From contig CM068750.1 in the NCBI GenBank assembly GCA_035084275.1, forward strand, positions 8,680,001 through 8,744,000: a stretch of 64,000 bases of DNA. Direction: 5' to 3'. How positions within the stretch are numbered: the stretch's first letter is position 1; each line of letters begins with the position of its first letter. The notes beneath the pieces were generated by a model. That model was not told the DNA's origin. It saw nothing but the letters and a program-made list of their open reading frames with translations, and ran no database searches. Positions 1 through 12,250 of this stretch are shown here, piece after piece. Both the position numbers and the translations under genes were made by a program. This DNA comes from Hydrolagus colliei (taxonomy: Eukaryota).

Positions 1-394
1 CAATAGGATATCTTGAACTGTTATGAACTGCCATAATCCTTACCAGAGATTATAAATATGGTTATCAATCCAACATTTCGTATTTCTTTTATGATGCAGC
101 TATCAACATTTATTTGAAATATGGTGCAAAACAGAACATTGTTGAACAGGGTCATCTGAAATTAGGATAGTGTACTCACAATGGTGGTGAAATTTACAGC
201 CATTAAAACACCCAAGACACAAGCCAAATGTTCTCAAGTCCACAGTTTAGATTAACTGTTCAATAGAAATGAGAGCGAAGAAAATAATAAGAATTACAGT
301 ATATACTATAGTGGATTTTTAAAATATAATATTTTAGTTCTAGCACATTTGTGAAACAATAAAATGAATTGTACGAATTCATGTTGATCAATTT
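1..394 (+). pseudogene. Decayed TIR-like remnant (TLR pseudogene unit 0, runs off the window edge)
   Basis: FYDA (87), VEQGHLKL (141, same frame), IYSH*NT, CSIEMRA (257), NILVL (328), in TIR motif order with frameshifts and stops. Confidence 0.4.
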
Positions 395-585
395 GATTTC
401 TTGCTACTTGGCTTCAAAATGTTTTTAGGTTTTGTTTTGATTTAGTTCTTTTGAAACTGATTCTTACATATGTATATGTGTAAATACATGAGTAAGAAAC
501 AGTATTTTAGTATTCAGTATTCAAGAATCAGTTATTAAATCAAAAGAAAATCTACAAACATTTTGAAGCTAAGTATTGAGAAATC
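395..585. mobile_element. Imperfect palindrome, MITE-like
   Basis: TACTTGGCTTCAAAATGTTTTTAGGTTTTGTTTTGATTTA (405-) pairs with TAAATCAAAAGAAAATCTACAAACATTTTGAAGCTAAGTA (-575); an inner AACTGATTCTT/AAGAATCAGTT pair is also present. Confidence 0.6.
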
Positions 586-589
586 GGAT

Positions 590-3060
590 AATACACATTA
601 GAAGCAAGATTCAAGAGATCACTTCATTCAGAACAAATAGCTGTTGTCCTCTAATTCTATAAGCACTATGATTGCAGTACTTCTTCACAATAAATACAAT
701 ATGTTATCATGTTCAGGTTGGTCTTGTCAGTGATCTGACAAGTTTTAGATTGTGATTAAAAGTCGATTGAACGATTATCACCATTTCTAGCAGTAACCAC
801 AGAAATTTACAATAAATAATATTTTCAGCTGTAATGGTTGCTATGATTGGTTGCTATGATGGACAATGTCCTGTTGGTATTGCAAAATGCTTTGGAGTTT
901 TTTTGTTCATCTCCTTACAGTGCTACCTTTCTGATACAATGTATTGGTGTTGTAACCCTATAAAAAGTGCTAAAAGGTAAACAATAAGCCAACTCCGTTT
1001 GGATTTGAGTCTGTATACTCTGTATCAAATTGAGGGAAGCTATAAGAATGGCTAGAATTCATTGGTTTTAGTTGAAGTCAGTCAGTCAGTCAGTGTTGAA
1101 AGTGTCCAGCAGGTCCATGTTATAAGTACTACGTAACTGGGTCAGCCTGTATTTATACTGGAATGCACTTCTTTGTAGGAAAAATATGATGGTTGTGATT
1201 AAAGTGAGCTGAACCAAAATATCAATGTTCAGTATAATTGTGCCTGTGTTTAAAAACTCCTACTTTTAGCATTTTTAGAGACATTCTTAAAATGTACTGA
1301 TGTAAGCAGCCTTCCACTGGTGCAGTTATTGATGCCAAGCACAATACGTATGCCGCCCTAAACAATTTGCACAATGTAGTTACTTCTGTATATGTTTACT
1401 ATATATGTACTGTACATATATTGTATATATATGTTTTCTCCATAGGCATATTCTTAAATGTTTATTTTTGCAAACAACATGAACATTGAGCACTTATATA
1501 TACAGTGCTCAGTATGAATATACAGCAGTTGCATGCATCAGGATGGCAGTGGAGGCAAGCAGTAAGCACAATACTGTACAGCTTCACTTCATGTCAGTAT
1601 GAATCTGGGAGTTGTTATTCAGCTAGGCATCTTTGCCCTGGACGTTAGAATATGTGACTCCAGGGGAGGAAAATTCCTCTTATCTGACATCAGACAATGC
1701 TATTGTGCTATGTGGTTAGCAAAATATGTAAATTTTCCCAAAAGCCAATGGTAGCGTAACTTTAGGTGTAATATCTTGCCGGATTCAATCACAAGCGAGG
1801 TACAGATGATTCATTTAAGTATTTATGTTATCTGTCATGCACAATAAAATAAAACACTTTAGACACTGAGTAAACAGTAATTGATGTTACTTTAAATGGG
1901 AGGGGCTGAAATTCTTCTGAGAGTCTAGGAAATTATTCTGTTATAGCTTTTGTTTTCTTTTGTCAAATGTGCAGTGTTTAAAAGGAGCTATAATGCTCAT
2001 TCTATTTTTCATTGTATGAACAAACTGCTTAATCTGGTTTATAATAATTTTCTATGAGTTACAATAGTTATAAAATCCTTTACAGATTCCCTCCCTAACT
2101 ATTTAACTACTGTATCTGATTCTTTGTATGAATGTGATCAGATATCATGCTAACAATAACTGAATTGATGAAATGAAGGCAAAGTGGGATTTTTTTTTTT
2201 ACAAAGTTGGCTTTAACAGAAAATGGGGGAAAAAATAATGACTCTGGTGCCCAACCAATGCCCTCCCAAAGTGAAAGGTGAGATAATTCTAAAACCATAT
2301 TGTATTGTATATAAAATATAAAAGCAATTCTTGGTAATGTACAAGGAAGATGTATCTGAACAGAGTTCTATAAGGAGCAGTCAGCACATCCTTACTGTTG
2401 TGGGTAATCTTTTATTTATGTTAAAATCCATTGGTTGTTGCTATGACAGTCTGTCAGGTGAAATGGATAAAGCTGCCCAAATACTTTATAAAGTATGGGA
2501 TAACATTATATCTACCGCCATATTATGATAACTTCATTGCACCAATGTTATGAGTGAAAACATTTAAATATTTGCTGCTTTCATCTTCCAGAAACCAATA
2601 TGAAAATAGACCATCTCATATGTGCAGATGTTGCTGATGAAGCAGTGATTATAAAACAGATTGAATTTGGTGGGAGTTCACAGAACTGATCTGCGCAAAC
2701 CTTGGTCTCTTTGTTGATTGTATTCACCAGCTGCCATGAGTGGAATGAATACTGGCTGTCAGCCCAAATATTAAGTGTTGACAGAATTTTACTGCCACTG
2801 GCTTCTGGATGGCACAGGTTTCCGAAACTGCTTACCCTGGCAATGTACTGGCTACGTCTGCCATCCTCTGTGATCTCCCACAGCAGAATGTTAATGCAGT
2901 GTATTATTTTAAAGTAAAATGTTTCTCGTATTGTAAACATTCTACTTGGTTGAGCTATTATCCTTGATAACTATCAAAAATAAAGCTACTTGAAGCTATT
3001 TGACAATTCATTTTATTGCACACTGAATGGCTGAATTGCAAACCACAATGTGTCATTGCA
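590..3060 (+). pseudogene. Decayed TLR-like pseudogene unit 1 (LRR + TIR remnants)
   Basis: LRR-like LSSNSISTM (~645), NIQQLHASG (~1517), LPWTLEYV (~1633). TIR-like VFTSCHEWNEYWLSAQIL (2720), GFRNCLPW (2817), ISHSRMLMQCII (2873). Confidence 0.5.
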
Positions 3061-3326
3061 CTAATATGTAATTTTGCATTGTAGCACTCGGAACACATGG
3101 AATGCTTACGAAATAACATTGTAGTGTTGTAACTTTATTGAACATATTCTACTCATTGTGTAATGGTATTGCAACTGGATTATATTTTCCAAATGCAGAA
3201 CTCCTTTATTTTAAGCGCATTGATTACAAAAGAGTCAATGTCCCAAGATTTGTCTTTGCAAGCAATGTGAACCTTATAGCTAGTTCCTTATAGTATTATG
3301 TCGATGTTAATAACAATCCTGTTACA

Positions 3327-3632
3327 GGAGTACTGGAGCTCAGTGGTTAGAGCACTCACCTTGCAAGCGAGCGACTTGGGTTTGTTTCCCAGCAGGGTGA
3401 AACCTTGGCCAAGTTTCCTTACTCCACAAGCCTGATAATAATCCCTCAAGAAAAAAAATTGTTCACTTCAAATAAACCACAACTATTGTGGGACTCTACT
3501 GTGCACAATTGGCTGCCGTGTTTTACCCACAAATACAGTCAATTCACTTTACGGTATATTCTGTGATGCACTTTGAAACATCTGGAAGACGCGAAAAGCA
3601 CTATATCAAATGTAGGGATTATTATTATTATT
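3327..3632 (+). mobile_element. tRNA-derived SINE (dominant local family; Deu-like segment, L2-type tail)
   Basis: Head GGAG..AGCTCAGTGGTTAGAGCACTC.CCTTGCAAGCGAG, body GTGCACAATTGGCTGCCG, tail CTATATCAAATG..GGATT(ATT)n. Confidence 0.92.
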
Positions 3633-3639
3633 TATAAAG

Positions 3640-5350
3640 TCATATAGGAATACATTAATGTGTGGGAGATGGATCTCGTGAAGAGTGTTTCTTCTCTCAT
3701 GTAATTGGAACAGAAAATAGCAATTTCTTCCATATGCTAAGAATGTTTTGTATTTATCTCCTCATTTTGCATAATTTTTTTCCTTTGTTTATAACATTCA
3801 GTCATCTTCTGGAAAGTAGCCAGATCTGCTATAAAAATCAAAAACTGGCAAATCAGTTAACGTTAGTGATGGGGCCATCATTGACTAGTTCCAGAATAGG
3901 AGCAAGGGTTGATAGTTGTCTAGCATGGATGCATTCTAGGAGCATCACTAATGTAAAACCTGCCTGGGTAATCTTTTCCATAACCCATCTCCTCACATGT
4001 AATTACTGCATGGACTCTATGTGCATACTAGTAATTGGTAGCGTCAGAGATCCTGTTTACTGTTGGTGTATATAGATAGGATTTTTTTGTGCAAGGGACA
4101 TTTTATGCAGAATGGTGTATAGCTTAGCGTGGGAGAGCATTTAAAAAAGAGAGGAAGGAGACTGTAAGGAGACAACATGAACCAATGACTGACAATGGGT
4201 TGGCTTTCTACCAGATATTTTGAGATTAAGGTAACATGGTTCAGCATGGGAACCAAGCCAGTGTCCATGGGGAAATGAATGTTTCTGAAGGAATACTGAT
4301 CGAATCAGTTGTTCTAGTTTATTTATCTTATTCATGCATAAACCCTGGCATTCCATAATGCCAACTATATATATATATATATATATTTAAAATCCATTCA
4401 GAAAATCTAAAACAGTTATTCAAAACTACATTAAGTAAATATAGGGAAATCAACCTGGTAAATAATTTTGTAATGATGGGACAAATATTTGAGAATTACA
4501 TCCGGTTATAAAAGGAAAAACAATCAGTACATGTGGGATAAAGAGCTAAGAAACATACTGACAGAGATACATAATGTGCTGCTTCAGCATGAATATGGTT
4601 TGTAAGACGGCCCAGATTTCAGGTTTCTTTAGAACTATGATTAAACACAGACTTATAGGAGACAACTTAAAAATTACATCTCAAAACTGCAGAATATACA
4701 AGTGGGCTTGTTGGCCTGAGGTGATTGACAGTGGAATTTATGACTTCCATTATTTCTCTCTTGCTAGGCGCTAATTATATTATCATGAGCTCAGCAACTG
4801 GGAATTACTTATTACATTCGCAAAGCGGTAGGCATTGTGCTTTCTTATTGGAACCAGATTTCTAGCATAAGTTTCACCACACAGTGAACCAAGAAGTGAT
4901 ACCACTTGAGATTTCATGGAATACCTTGCTTATGTGGAGACCCACTACCATGATGAAACTCAGTTCATAAATCTAAATGGAGTTGTCCCATTTTGGGCTG
5001 GTGGTGGCTCTTAGCGAACAGCCCTACAAGGTTTTTTTTCTATAAATGCACACAGTATATACTTGCACAAGTAGTTCTTTTTGTATTTGCTTTCTTGGAA
5101 GAGGTGTTAAGAATGAGAGTGAACTGGAAATTTGTTTGCGGATTAGCTGTCAGTTTATCCTGGCATGAGCGTGAAATCTTGCCCTGAGGTTTTAATTGGC
5201 AGAAGTTTGGTATTCATAATTTGGTCAGTTATGACTGTCAAACAGAGGCTTGATTTGGCAAGTTTCAGTTCAAACACAAATTTGTTTTGTAGAGTTCCCT
5301 GGGGCTCAACAGGAGAGTCTGCCATTCTGTGAAATGCTACAGAGTAATGG
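3640..5350 (+). pseudogene. Decayed TLR-like pseudogene unit 2
   Basis: LRRCT-like MCCFSMN/IWFVR (~4575), TM-like FMTSIISLLLG (~4737), TIR box1-like EYLAYVETHYHDE..IN..VVP (4919), SELEICL, box3-like FVEFP-x8-FCEML (5286-5339). Confidence 0.5.
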
Positions 5351-5690
5351 TAAAAACATTGAAAATGAAAGAGTTCTTGTCCTCAGGGTTATGGAAAACT
5401 GCATATTTTTAAATAAACCAAATACAGAATAACAGAATAGTGAGGGAGCGAAGAAGTTTTAAAAAGGCACATATATCTAGAGTATATAAGATGCCAAATA
5501 AGGGAATGTAAACTCAGAATGATACGGGATGTGCTGGATGTAATACAGGAGCCATGGGGATATCTGGAAGAATGAGATCAAATGAGTGCTTTCCTTAGCT
5601 AAACCTGTCCTGTGCATGGAGTGAAGACATTTCTTTCATATCAATTTGGGTTCTCAATTTGTCAGAACAAAATCTCATAACCTGACAGAT

Positions 5691-5995
5691 TAATAATAAT
5701 AATCCTTGCATTTGATATCGCGCTTTTCATGTCTTCTAGATGTCTCGAAGTGCTTCACAGAATATACTGTAAAGTGGGTTGACTGTATATATGTGGGCTA
5801 AACGCAGCAGCCAACTGTGCACAGGAGTGTCCCATAAACAGTTGTGGATTGAAATGACTAATTTACTATTGTTTTTTTGGTGGGATTATTATTAGGCATG
5901 CCAAGTAAGGAAACTTGCCCAAGGTTTCGCCCTGCCTGGAATTGAACCCGGGTATCTCGCTTTTAAGGTGAGTGCTCTAACCATTGAGCTGCAGG
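5691..5995 (-). mobile_element. tRNA-derived SINE, full length
   Basis: Reverse complement of the same family. Confidence 0.92.
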
Positions 5996-6059
5996 TTATG
6001 TTGAAGGGAGATGAAATGAGTAATGCTGATAAACTGATGAAATAATCTACTCTGTTACT

Positions 6060-8280
6060 ATTGCTTGGATAACTCAATAATATTAAACATGGCGGAAGAC
6101 AATGTCTACCTAATTCTGAGTCTTAGACTATAAATTTTTAAAGCTATGTTAAATGTCTACTCTACACATTGAAAGGTGAGTGAAACTTACACATTCACAA
6201 CTATTAATGGCCTATTTTCAACACCATGACCGCCTTTGACTTGTACATTTTGTTTCTGTCAAACTATTCTTTGAGTACCTGTAATGACAGCAGGACGATA
6301 TTATCAACACTGCAACATCTGAGTGTTGTGCAAACCAAACTTTCTGACAAGTCCTTTTCACGAAAATTTGTCTCTCAAGCTATGCAAAACATCTAACAAG
6401 AAGAAAGATTAAAGCAGATTATTTTCAGTCGCATATTTTCTGTTTTTCTTGGCTGAGCTCCTGAAGGATTATTTTAACCTGATCAGCCCCTTACTTTAGA
6501 TATTTGAACTCTAGACCTCAGAGGTCAAAAATAGCAAACAAGCCCTGCTGATACATCTGCACCCATAGTCTAGGATCTGTTTACTGTTGGCATTATGTAG
6601 GACAATTTATAATTGACACTCTTCTCTGGAATGTCACCCTCTAAATTCCCAACACGCCATAGAAATAGGGGACTTATAGTTTCTAGGTGCCAGTTCCTGC
6701 ATTAATTCCCAGCATTCCTTCAGTTTCTTCATTTGATTTAAGTCAAGCTTGTTATGGTGATTCCATTTGTGACTGATCGAGTTCATGATCTTCATGCAGA
6801 GATAAGTGTTCCGCACAATTTCAGCTCCAAAGTTAATGCACTGGGTTTTCAAAGTGGTGAAAGTTGATGATGTCTATGTAACTAATAAGAAATAATTAAC
6901 TGTGATCAATTTCTGATGAAATCTTCAGCAATAGTAATAGTTACACTATAGCAATGTCTGTAAAATAAAACTGATATAGTTTCCTAGTCTTGAACTCTAC
7001 TGATGTAGTGGTTTGATGTTTTTGTAGCTTTATAACAGGGTTATGGGAAATTCGATCTGCCAGGGATGCAGTTTTATGTTAGAAATGTAAATTGCTAGCC
7101 AATGTTACTATTTTGATCAAATCAAGGAATTATGCTGTTAAGATTGAAAAAAAACATTGCATGAGAATTGTTCAATAAAATAAGCCACAGAACAACACTC
7201 CATCTGCTTTCAACCCAGGACCAATGTTCTGCATAGATATTCCCTGTTCGTTAAAGCTATGTATAATAAGTTTCAGAATATTTATTGATCCACATTTGTC
7301 CATTTTCAATTCTTATCAGCCTTTCTCACTCTCCTCATTCTTTCCTTTAATGGAACAGCTGTTTTATCTTACATTTAGATCTATTATTTGAGCACCATTT
7401 TTGTTCCCAATCCCCCAAAATATCAATTCAGAAAGCATTAACAGCATTATATAAGCATTATATAGCAATGCATTTTACCACTTCCACACCAATTTAGGCT
7501 GCAATGGTTGCAGTGTTGATAAAATGGACTTCTTCAACATGCAGTTTATTTGGGGAAAATATTTTAGACAAACTGACAAATGTTTTATTGTGTAATTCTC
7601 TTTTTTCTAACTGATCAGCTAAGAAAGCAGAACCAATGTTGGAACAAACCTTAACTTCATTGCTGATTCAGACTGCAATGATTGCACAATTTGGATTAAA
7701 CATTTTTTCAAACCAATTTGATAAACAATTTGTTCTAGGAAAACATACCAGATAAGCTTTCAGACAACCTTTTGCTAGCCTATGATATTGATATACCTGA
7801 TAACTCCAAAGAGATTATTACTTTACATTGATTTTTAAACTACTTTGAAGTAATTCTTCAAAAGTACATATCAACAAGATGAATCTCCAAACTTGGATCG
7901 TACAGTTCTTGGAAACAGATTGGAGGGAGTTGTGCAATAGGAGAGATTTGGGGTACTTTCTGTTTCAGCAGAGATTAAGAAAAATGTTCAAGGTTGATGG
8001 CAATCTGGATTCCATCCATCATATGTTGGGCATACATCTAAATTTTTCATTCAACATTTGCCTGAGTATGTTAATAGGATTCCTGATGTTTTCTGCACTG
8101 GTACATTCTTTTGAGATGGTCCCAGAGTCAGATCAAGTCATTACTGAAAATGACATTTGCAAGTACACTCAACCAGAAAATGTACCCCGTGTTATCCGAA
8201 TTACTGGACCGTTGCCATAAGTAAAATACGAAACACGGTGATAAACAGTTACAGATTTGGATGCCTTGGCCAATAAAGAA
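6060..8280 (+). pseudogene. Decayed TLR-like pseudogene unit 3
   Basis: LRR-like (R)TLDLRGQ (~6508), PAFLQFL/DLSQ (~6710). TIR-like YDIDIPDNSKE (~7780), WIVQFLE....ELCNRRDLG (7894-7953), IKSLLKMT. DNA paralogous to 9149-9700. Confidence 0.5.
6496..7169 (+). repeat. Direct duplication, copy 1 (paralogous to 9149-9700)
   Basis: Shared blocks such as TTAGATATTTGAACTCTAGACCTCAGA, GTTCCTGCATTAATTC and TTTGATCAAATC.AGGAATTATG. Confidence 0.92.
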
Positions 8281-9148
8281 TGAGAACAAATATGCAATGC
8301 ATGTTATTGTGGGCTGTCTCTTGTTTTATTCCTGCTTCTGTCTATACCCAATAAATTATAATGTGTTATTGATTGAAAAAAACAATGGAATTATAGAAAA
8401 TAAACATAAGATCGGTTATTAGGAAAGGTGATTCAGGCCAGGACACTGGGCTCATTTTAAAACAGCTTGATCCTCTAATGTGAAGACAGTAGGGTGGATG
8501 TTCTGGATGAGATAAAATGAGTCAAAGGGACTTTGTCACCCCTAACTAATCTTGGGGTCTCGGGAAATTTCGTTTGGAAGCATTAGTGACCTTGATAGTG
8601 TAGGTGAATTAATCATTGTTACCTTGTCTATTGTAATTTCTCTACTTTACAAGGTTTCTATGCACAAGCATGTAGTCATCTTTAATGAGAGAGAAGGTGT
8701 ATCTTTAACATTTTTATTATCAATGGATTATCAATTTTGAAGGAATTGTAACACTGATAAATTGCAGAATTTGTGAAGACTTGTACAACTCTCAGTCGTT
8801 TGGTTTGGAAGATCACAAGCATGTTGATGGGTGTGTGTGTCCATCTGACCAAAAAAAAACCCTCCCATTTGGTCTTTCAAGCAGTTGAGACCTTTGCATT
8901 TAAGAGCTGCTCATGTGTATTATTTGAATCTAATAGCCTTAGAGAAGTCATACAACTGCTTCCTTAGTTAGGGAATAAGTAGAATGATGTGGAGGGACCT
9001 ATAAAAGAGAAGAGAAAGATAAATAATTATTGGATTATGCTGTTAGATTGAAATTATTTAACCTTTGACATCTAGATCACAGTTTGTTTAACTTATCAAA
9101 GGAGTAAATGTTTCAACATGAATCTGCATCTTGCGTTTTCTGAGTTCC

Positions 9149-9700
9149 TTAGATATTTGAACTCTAGACCTCAGATTTCAAAAACAGCAAACAAGGCCTG
9201 CTGATCAAGCTGTACCAAAAGCCCAGGATCTGTTTACTGTCGGCATTATGTAAGACAACTTCTCCGAAATTACACTCTTAATCTTAATTCCCAACATAGA
9301 AATGGGGGACTTATGTTTTCCAGGTGCTCGTTCCTGCATTAATTCTTAGCATTTCTTCAGTTTCTTTATTTGATTTATGTCAAACTTGTTATGAAAATTC
9401 CTTTCATGACTGGTCGAATTCCTTTTGAAACGGAATCACAACTGTGCATTTAGTACCATCATTTAGTTTGCAGGATAATAAAAGTGATAAATATAATTTC
9501 ATAGACTCTGAACTCTATTGATGTTTTTATTGCTTCATAATAGGATTATAGGAAATTCTATCTGTCAATGGCACAATCTTACATTCCTAGAAATGTAAAT
9601 TCTAAGACTAGCATTGCTCAGTAAATACCTTGAGTGATAATGTTTGATCAAATCGAGGAATTATGTTGTTGAGATTGTAACAAAACATTGAATGAGATTC
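9149..9700 (+). repeat. Direct duplication, copy 2
   Basis: Collinear with 6496-7169, with indels. Confidence 0.92.
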
Positions 9701-10889
9701 CTGATTGGAAATTTTAGATGGAGTTTAGCTGTTTTATCAACTTTGTATGATAATACACCTTAAACCGAAGTAATGTGTCCTGAATCCATTAAGGCAGTCT
9801 ACGGGTGCATTCTTGGGGTTCATTCTTAACATTACAAAAGATCCTTTTTGAAACCTGGGCTTTCACTTTAGGAATGACCTAAATACCCTCCTTTGAAAAG
9901 CGGCAGCTGAATAAATTAATGTCATCGGATAACTGGGAATTGACCGTAGCTCTGTTTGGAAAATTCATGTGATTGGGAACATGACTTGACCACCAATTGT
10001 ATACCTACATTCTAATGTGTTTACTACACCCTTCACCACTCTCTTACACATAGTGAATACCTTTCTCTTGATTTTGTGTGGAATGGTGTGACATAACAAA
10101 GCATAGATACAAAGAGAAGAACTCTGAATGTGAATTATCACAATAGAAGGTTAAAGGCCATATATAGAAAAGCTTTGTTATCTGAGAAAACAAATAGTTT
10201 TGGGGCATCAAAGTTAATTAATCCACCCAATCAAATAAAAGGGACAGTTTCAGTCTGTTTGGCTTCACTGCATTTAACTTGAACAAAAATTCTTAGGGTT
10301 TAGAGCTGACACGAGGCATCTTGTACACAAAGTTTTATACCTATGCCACTATTCCATTCACAAATTACAGATACTTAAATTACAACATCAAGGTGCATTG
10401 AACAACTATTAAGGCCTAAGGATATATTTTATTAGATCACAGAATATTCAGAGTTTACAGGTGTTGTTTTCACTTTGTGATGTATAATGCAGGAGCAATA
10501 AGATGGAAAGGATTTGTATAGGTCGGCAATTTGCACATATTTGTAACCCAATTTGCCTCTGAGTGCATCCCAAAATAAACTCCCGACAGTATTCAGTGTT
10601 CTGTTATATTTAAATAATTATCATACAGTTTACATAATGCAACATTTGTTGTACCGCAGAAATACATTCAGACACTACAGTACAGTTATAAAAGATGTAT
10701 AAAGTGAATTTATTCTTTGATTTATTATCCAAAATCACTTCTATGGAAAGTCTAAAAAAAACTCAAATGAATGCCTGAAGTGCATAATATATAAACTGAT
10801 TACACAGCTCCTGTCTTTCTCAAATAATATCTAAAAACAATTAGTAATGTATCTGTATTTTATTTATCTCTCCAACTGATATATGATTA

Positions 10890-11080
10890 TGTTATGACTA
10901 ATAATAATTTAGTCACTCAGTCCATGACTATTTGTGGGACATCGTTGTGCGCAATTGGCTGTCGCGTTTCACCTACAAAATATACAATCGATTAGCTTCT
11001 CAGGTGGTGGGAGTGCTTTAAGTCATCTCAAAGACATGATAAGATTTTATATAAAATGAAAGGATTAGTATTATTATAAC
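10890..11080 (+). mobile_element. SINE 3' half
   Basis: TGTGGGACATCGTTGTGCGCAATTGGCTG..., degenerate tail. Confidence 0.75.
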
Positions 11081-11294
11081 TGTTTCCAGGCCCTATCTTG
11101 CAGTGTTGTAATATGAGGTTATGTTGGTGAGAACAAACAGGGGAATGGAGGGCAAATCTATCATATTATGTCTCACGCCTTAGTTAGAAAATGAGTATGG
11201 GGTGGGGAAAAAGGAAACATGAAGAGTTAGTTTTTAACTTGAAGTGAAAATAGAGCAATTATTGCTGCATAGAAGATGCAATTACCTAATGAAA

Positions 11295-12250
11295 TAACAA
11301 CAACAACAACAACCTTGATTTATAAAGCGCCCTCCACGCTGGACGGCATCTCAGAGCGCTTCACAATATCGGATCCCAGGACCGAGCCAGGGGCAGGGTT
11401 AGAAAGGTGACCAAAGGTGCGGTCGAAGAGAAAGGTCTTCAGCTGGGACCTGAAACTGAGAAAAGAGGGGGTAAGACGAAGGTAGTGAGGCAGGGAATTC
11501 CAGAGCCTCGGGTCATAGTGGCTGAAGACCCGGCCGCTGAGGGTGGAGCGGAGGATTCGGGGGACATGGAGGAAGCCAGACCCGTTGGAGTGAAGGCAAC
11601 GGGAGCTGGTTTGAGGAGCGAGGCGGTCAGAGAGATAGTGGGGTGCAGAGGAGTGGAGGGATTTGAAAACAAGGGTGAGGATCTTGAAGTCGATCCTCTT
11701 GGGGATAGGGAGCCAGTGAAGTCTGGCAAGGACTGGGGTAATGGGGGAGCGAAGTTTGGTGCAGGTGAGTATGCGGGCGGCAGAGTTTTGGATGAGTTGG
11801 ATTTTATGGTTTGTGGTGGAGGGGAGACCAGTGAGGAGGGCATTTGAATAGTCCAACCGTGAGGTGAGGAAGGCGTGGACCAGGGTTTCAGCGGCTTTTG
11901 GGGTGAGGTATTGCCGGAGACGGGCAATCCGTTGGAGGTGGAAGAAGGCGATGCTGGTGAGGGACCAGATGTGGAGGAGGAAGGATAGTTGGGGGTCAAA
12001 CCTGATGCCAAGGTTGTGCACAGGTTCGGAGAGTTTCAGGGGGAGACCGGAAAGGTGGAGGAGGTGAGAGCCATGTGAATGGAGATGTTGACGAGAGCCA
12101 AAGAGTATGGCCTCTGTCTTATCAACATTCAGCTGCAAGAAATTTGCGCTCATCCAGCTCCTGATGTCTGACAGGCAGGCTGACAGAACATCAGGGGACT
12201 GGGGGTCGCAAAGTGAAGTGGAGAAATAGATTTTGGGTGTCATCTGCGTA
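11295..12250 (-). mobile_element. 5'-truncated L2-clade LINE, RT C-terminal region and 3' tail
   Basis: Begins at YADD (TACGCAGATGAC). 307-aa ORF has WMSANFLQLNVDKTE, LVHAFLTSRLDYSN, LHWLP..RIDFK, PRLWNSLP. Ends in (GTT)n. Confidence 0.93.

Noticed and set aside
6496-9700. Assembly artefact or LTR pair as the explanation for the duplication
   Set aside because: The copies carry many substitutions and indels, so they are not a recent misassembly. There are no TG..CA ends, PBS/PPT or gag/pol between them.
11407-12067. + strand ORFs of 146 and 67 aa and the alternate-frame 190-aa - strand ORF
   Set aside because: Shadow frames of the GC-rich L2 RT sequence.
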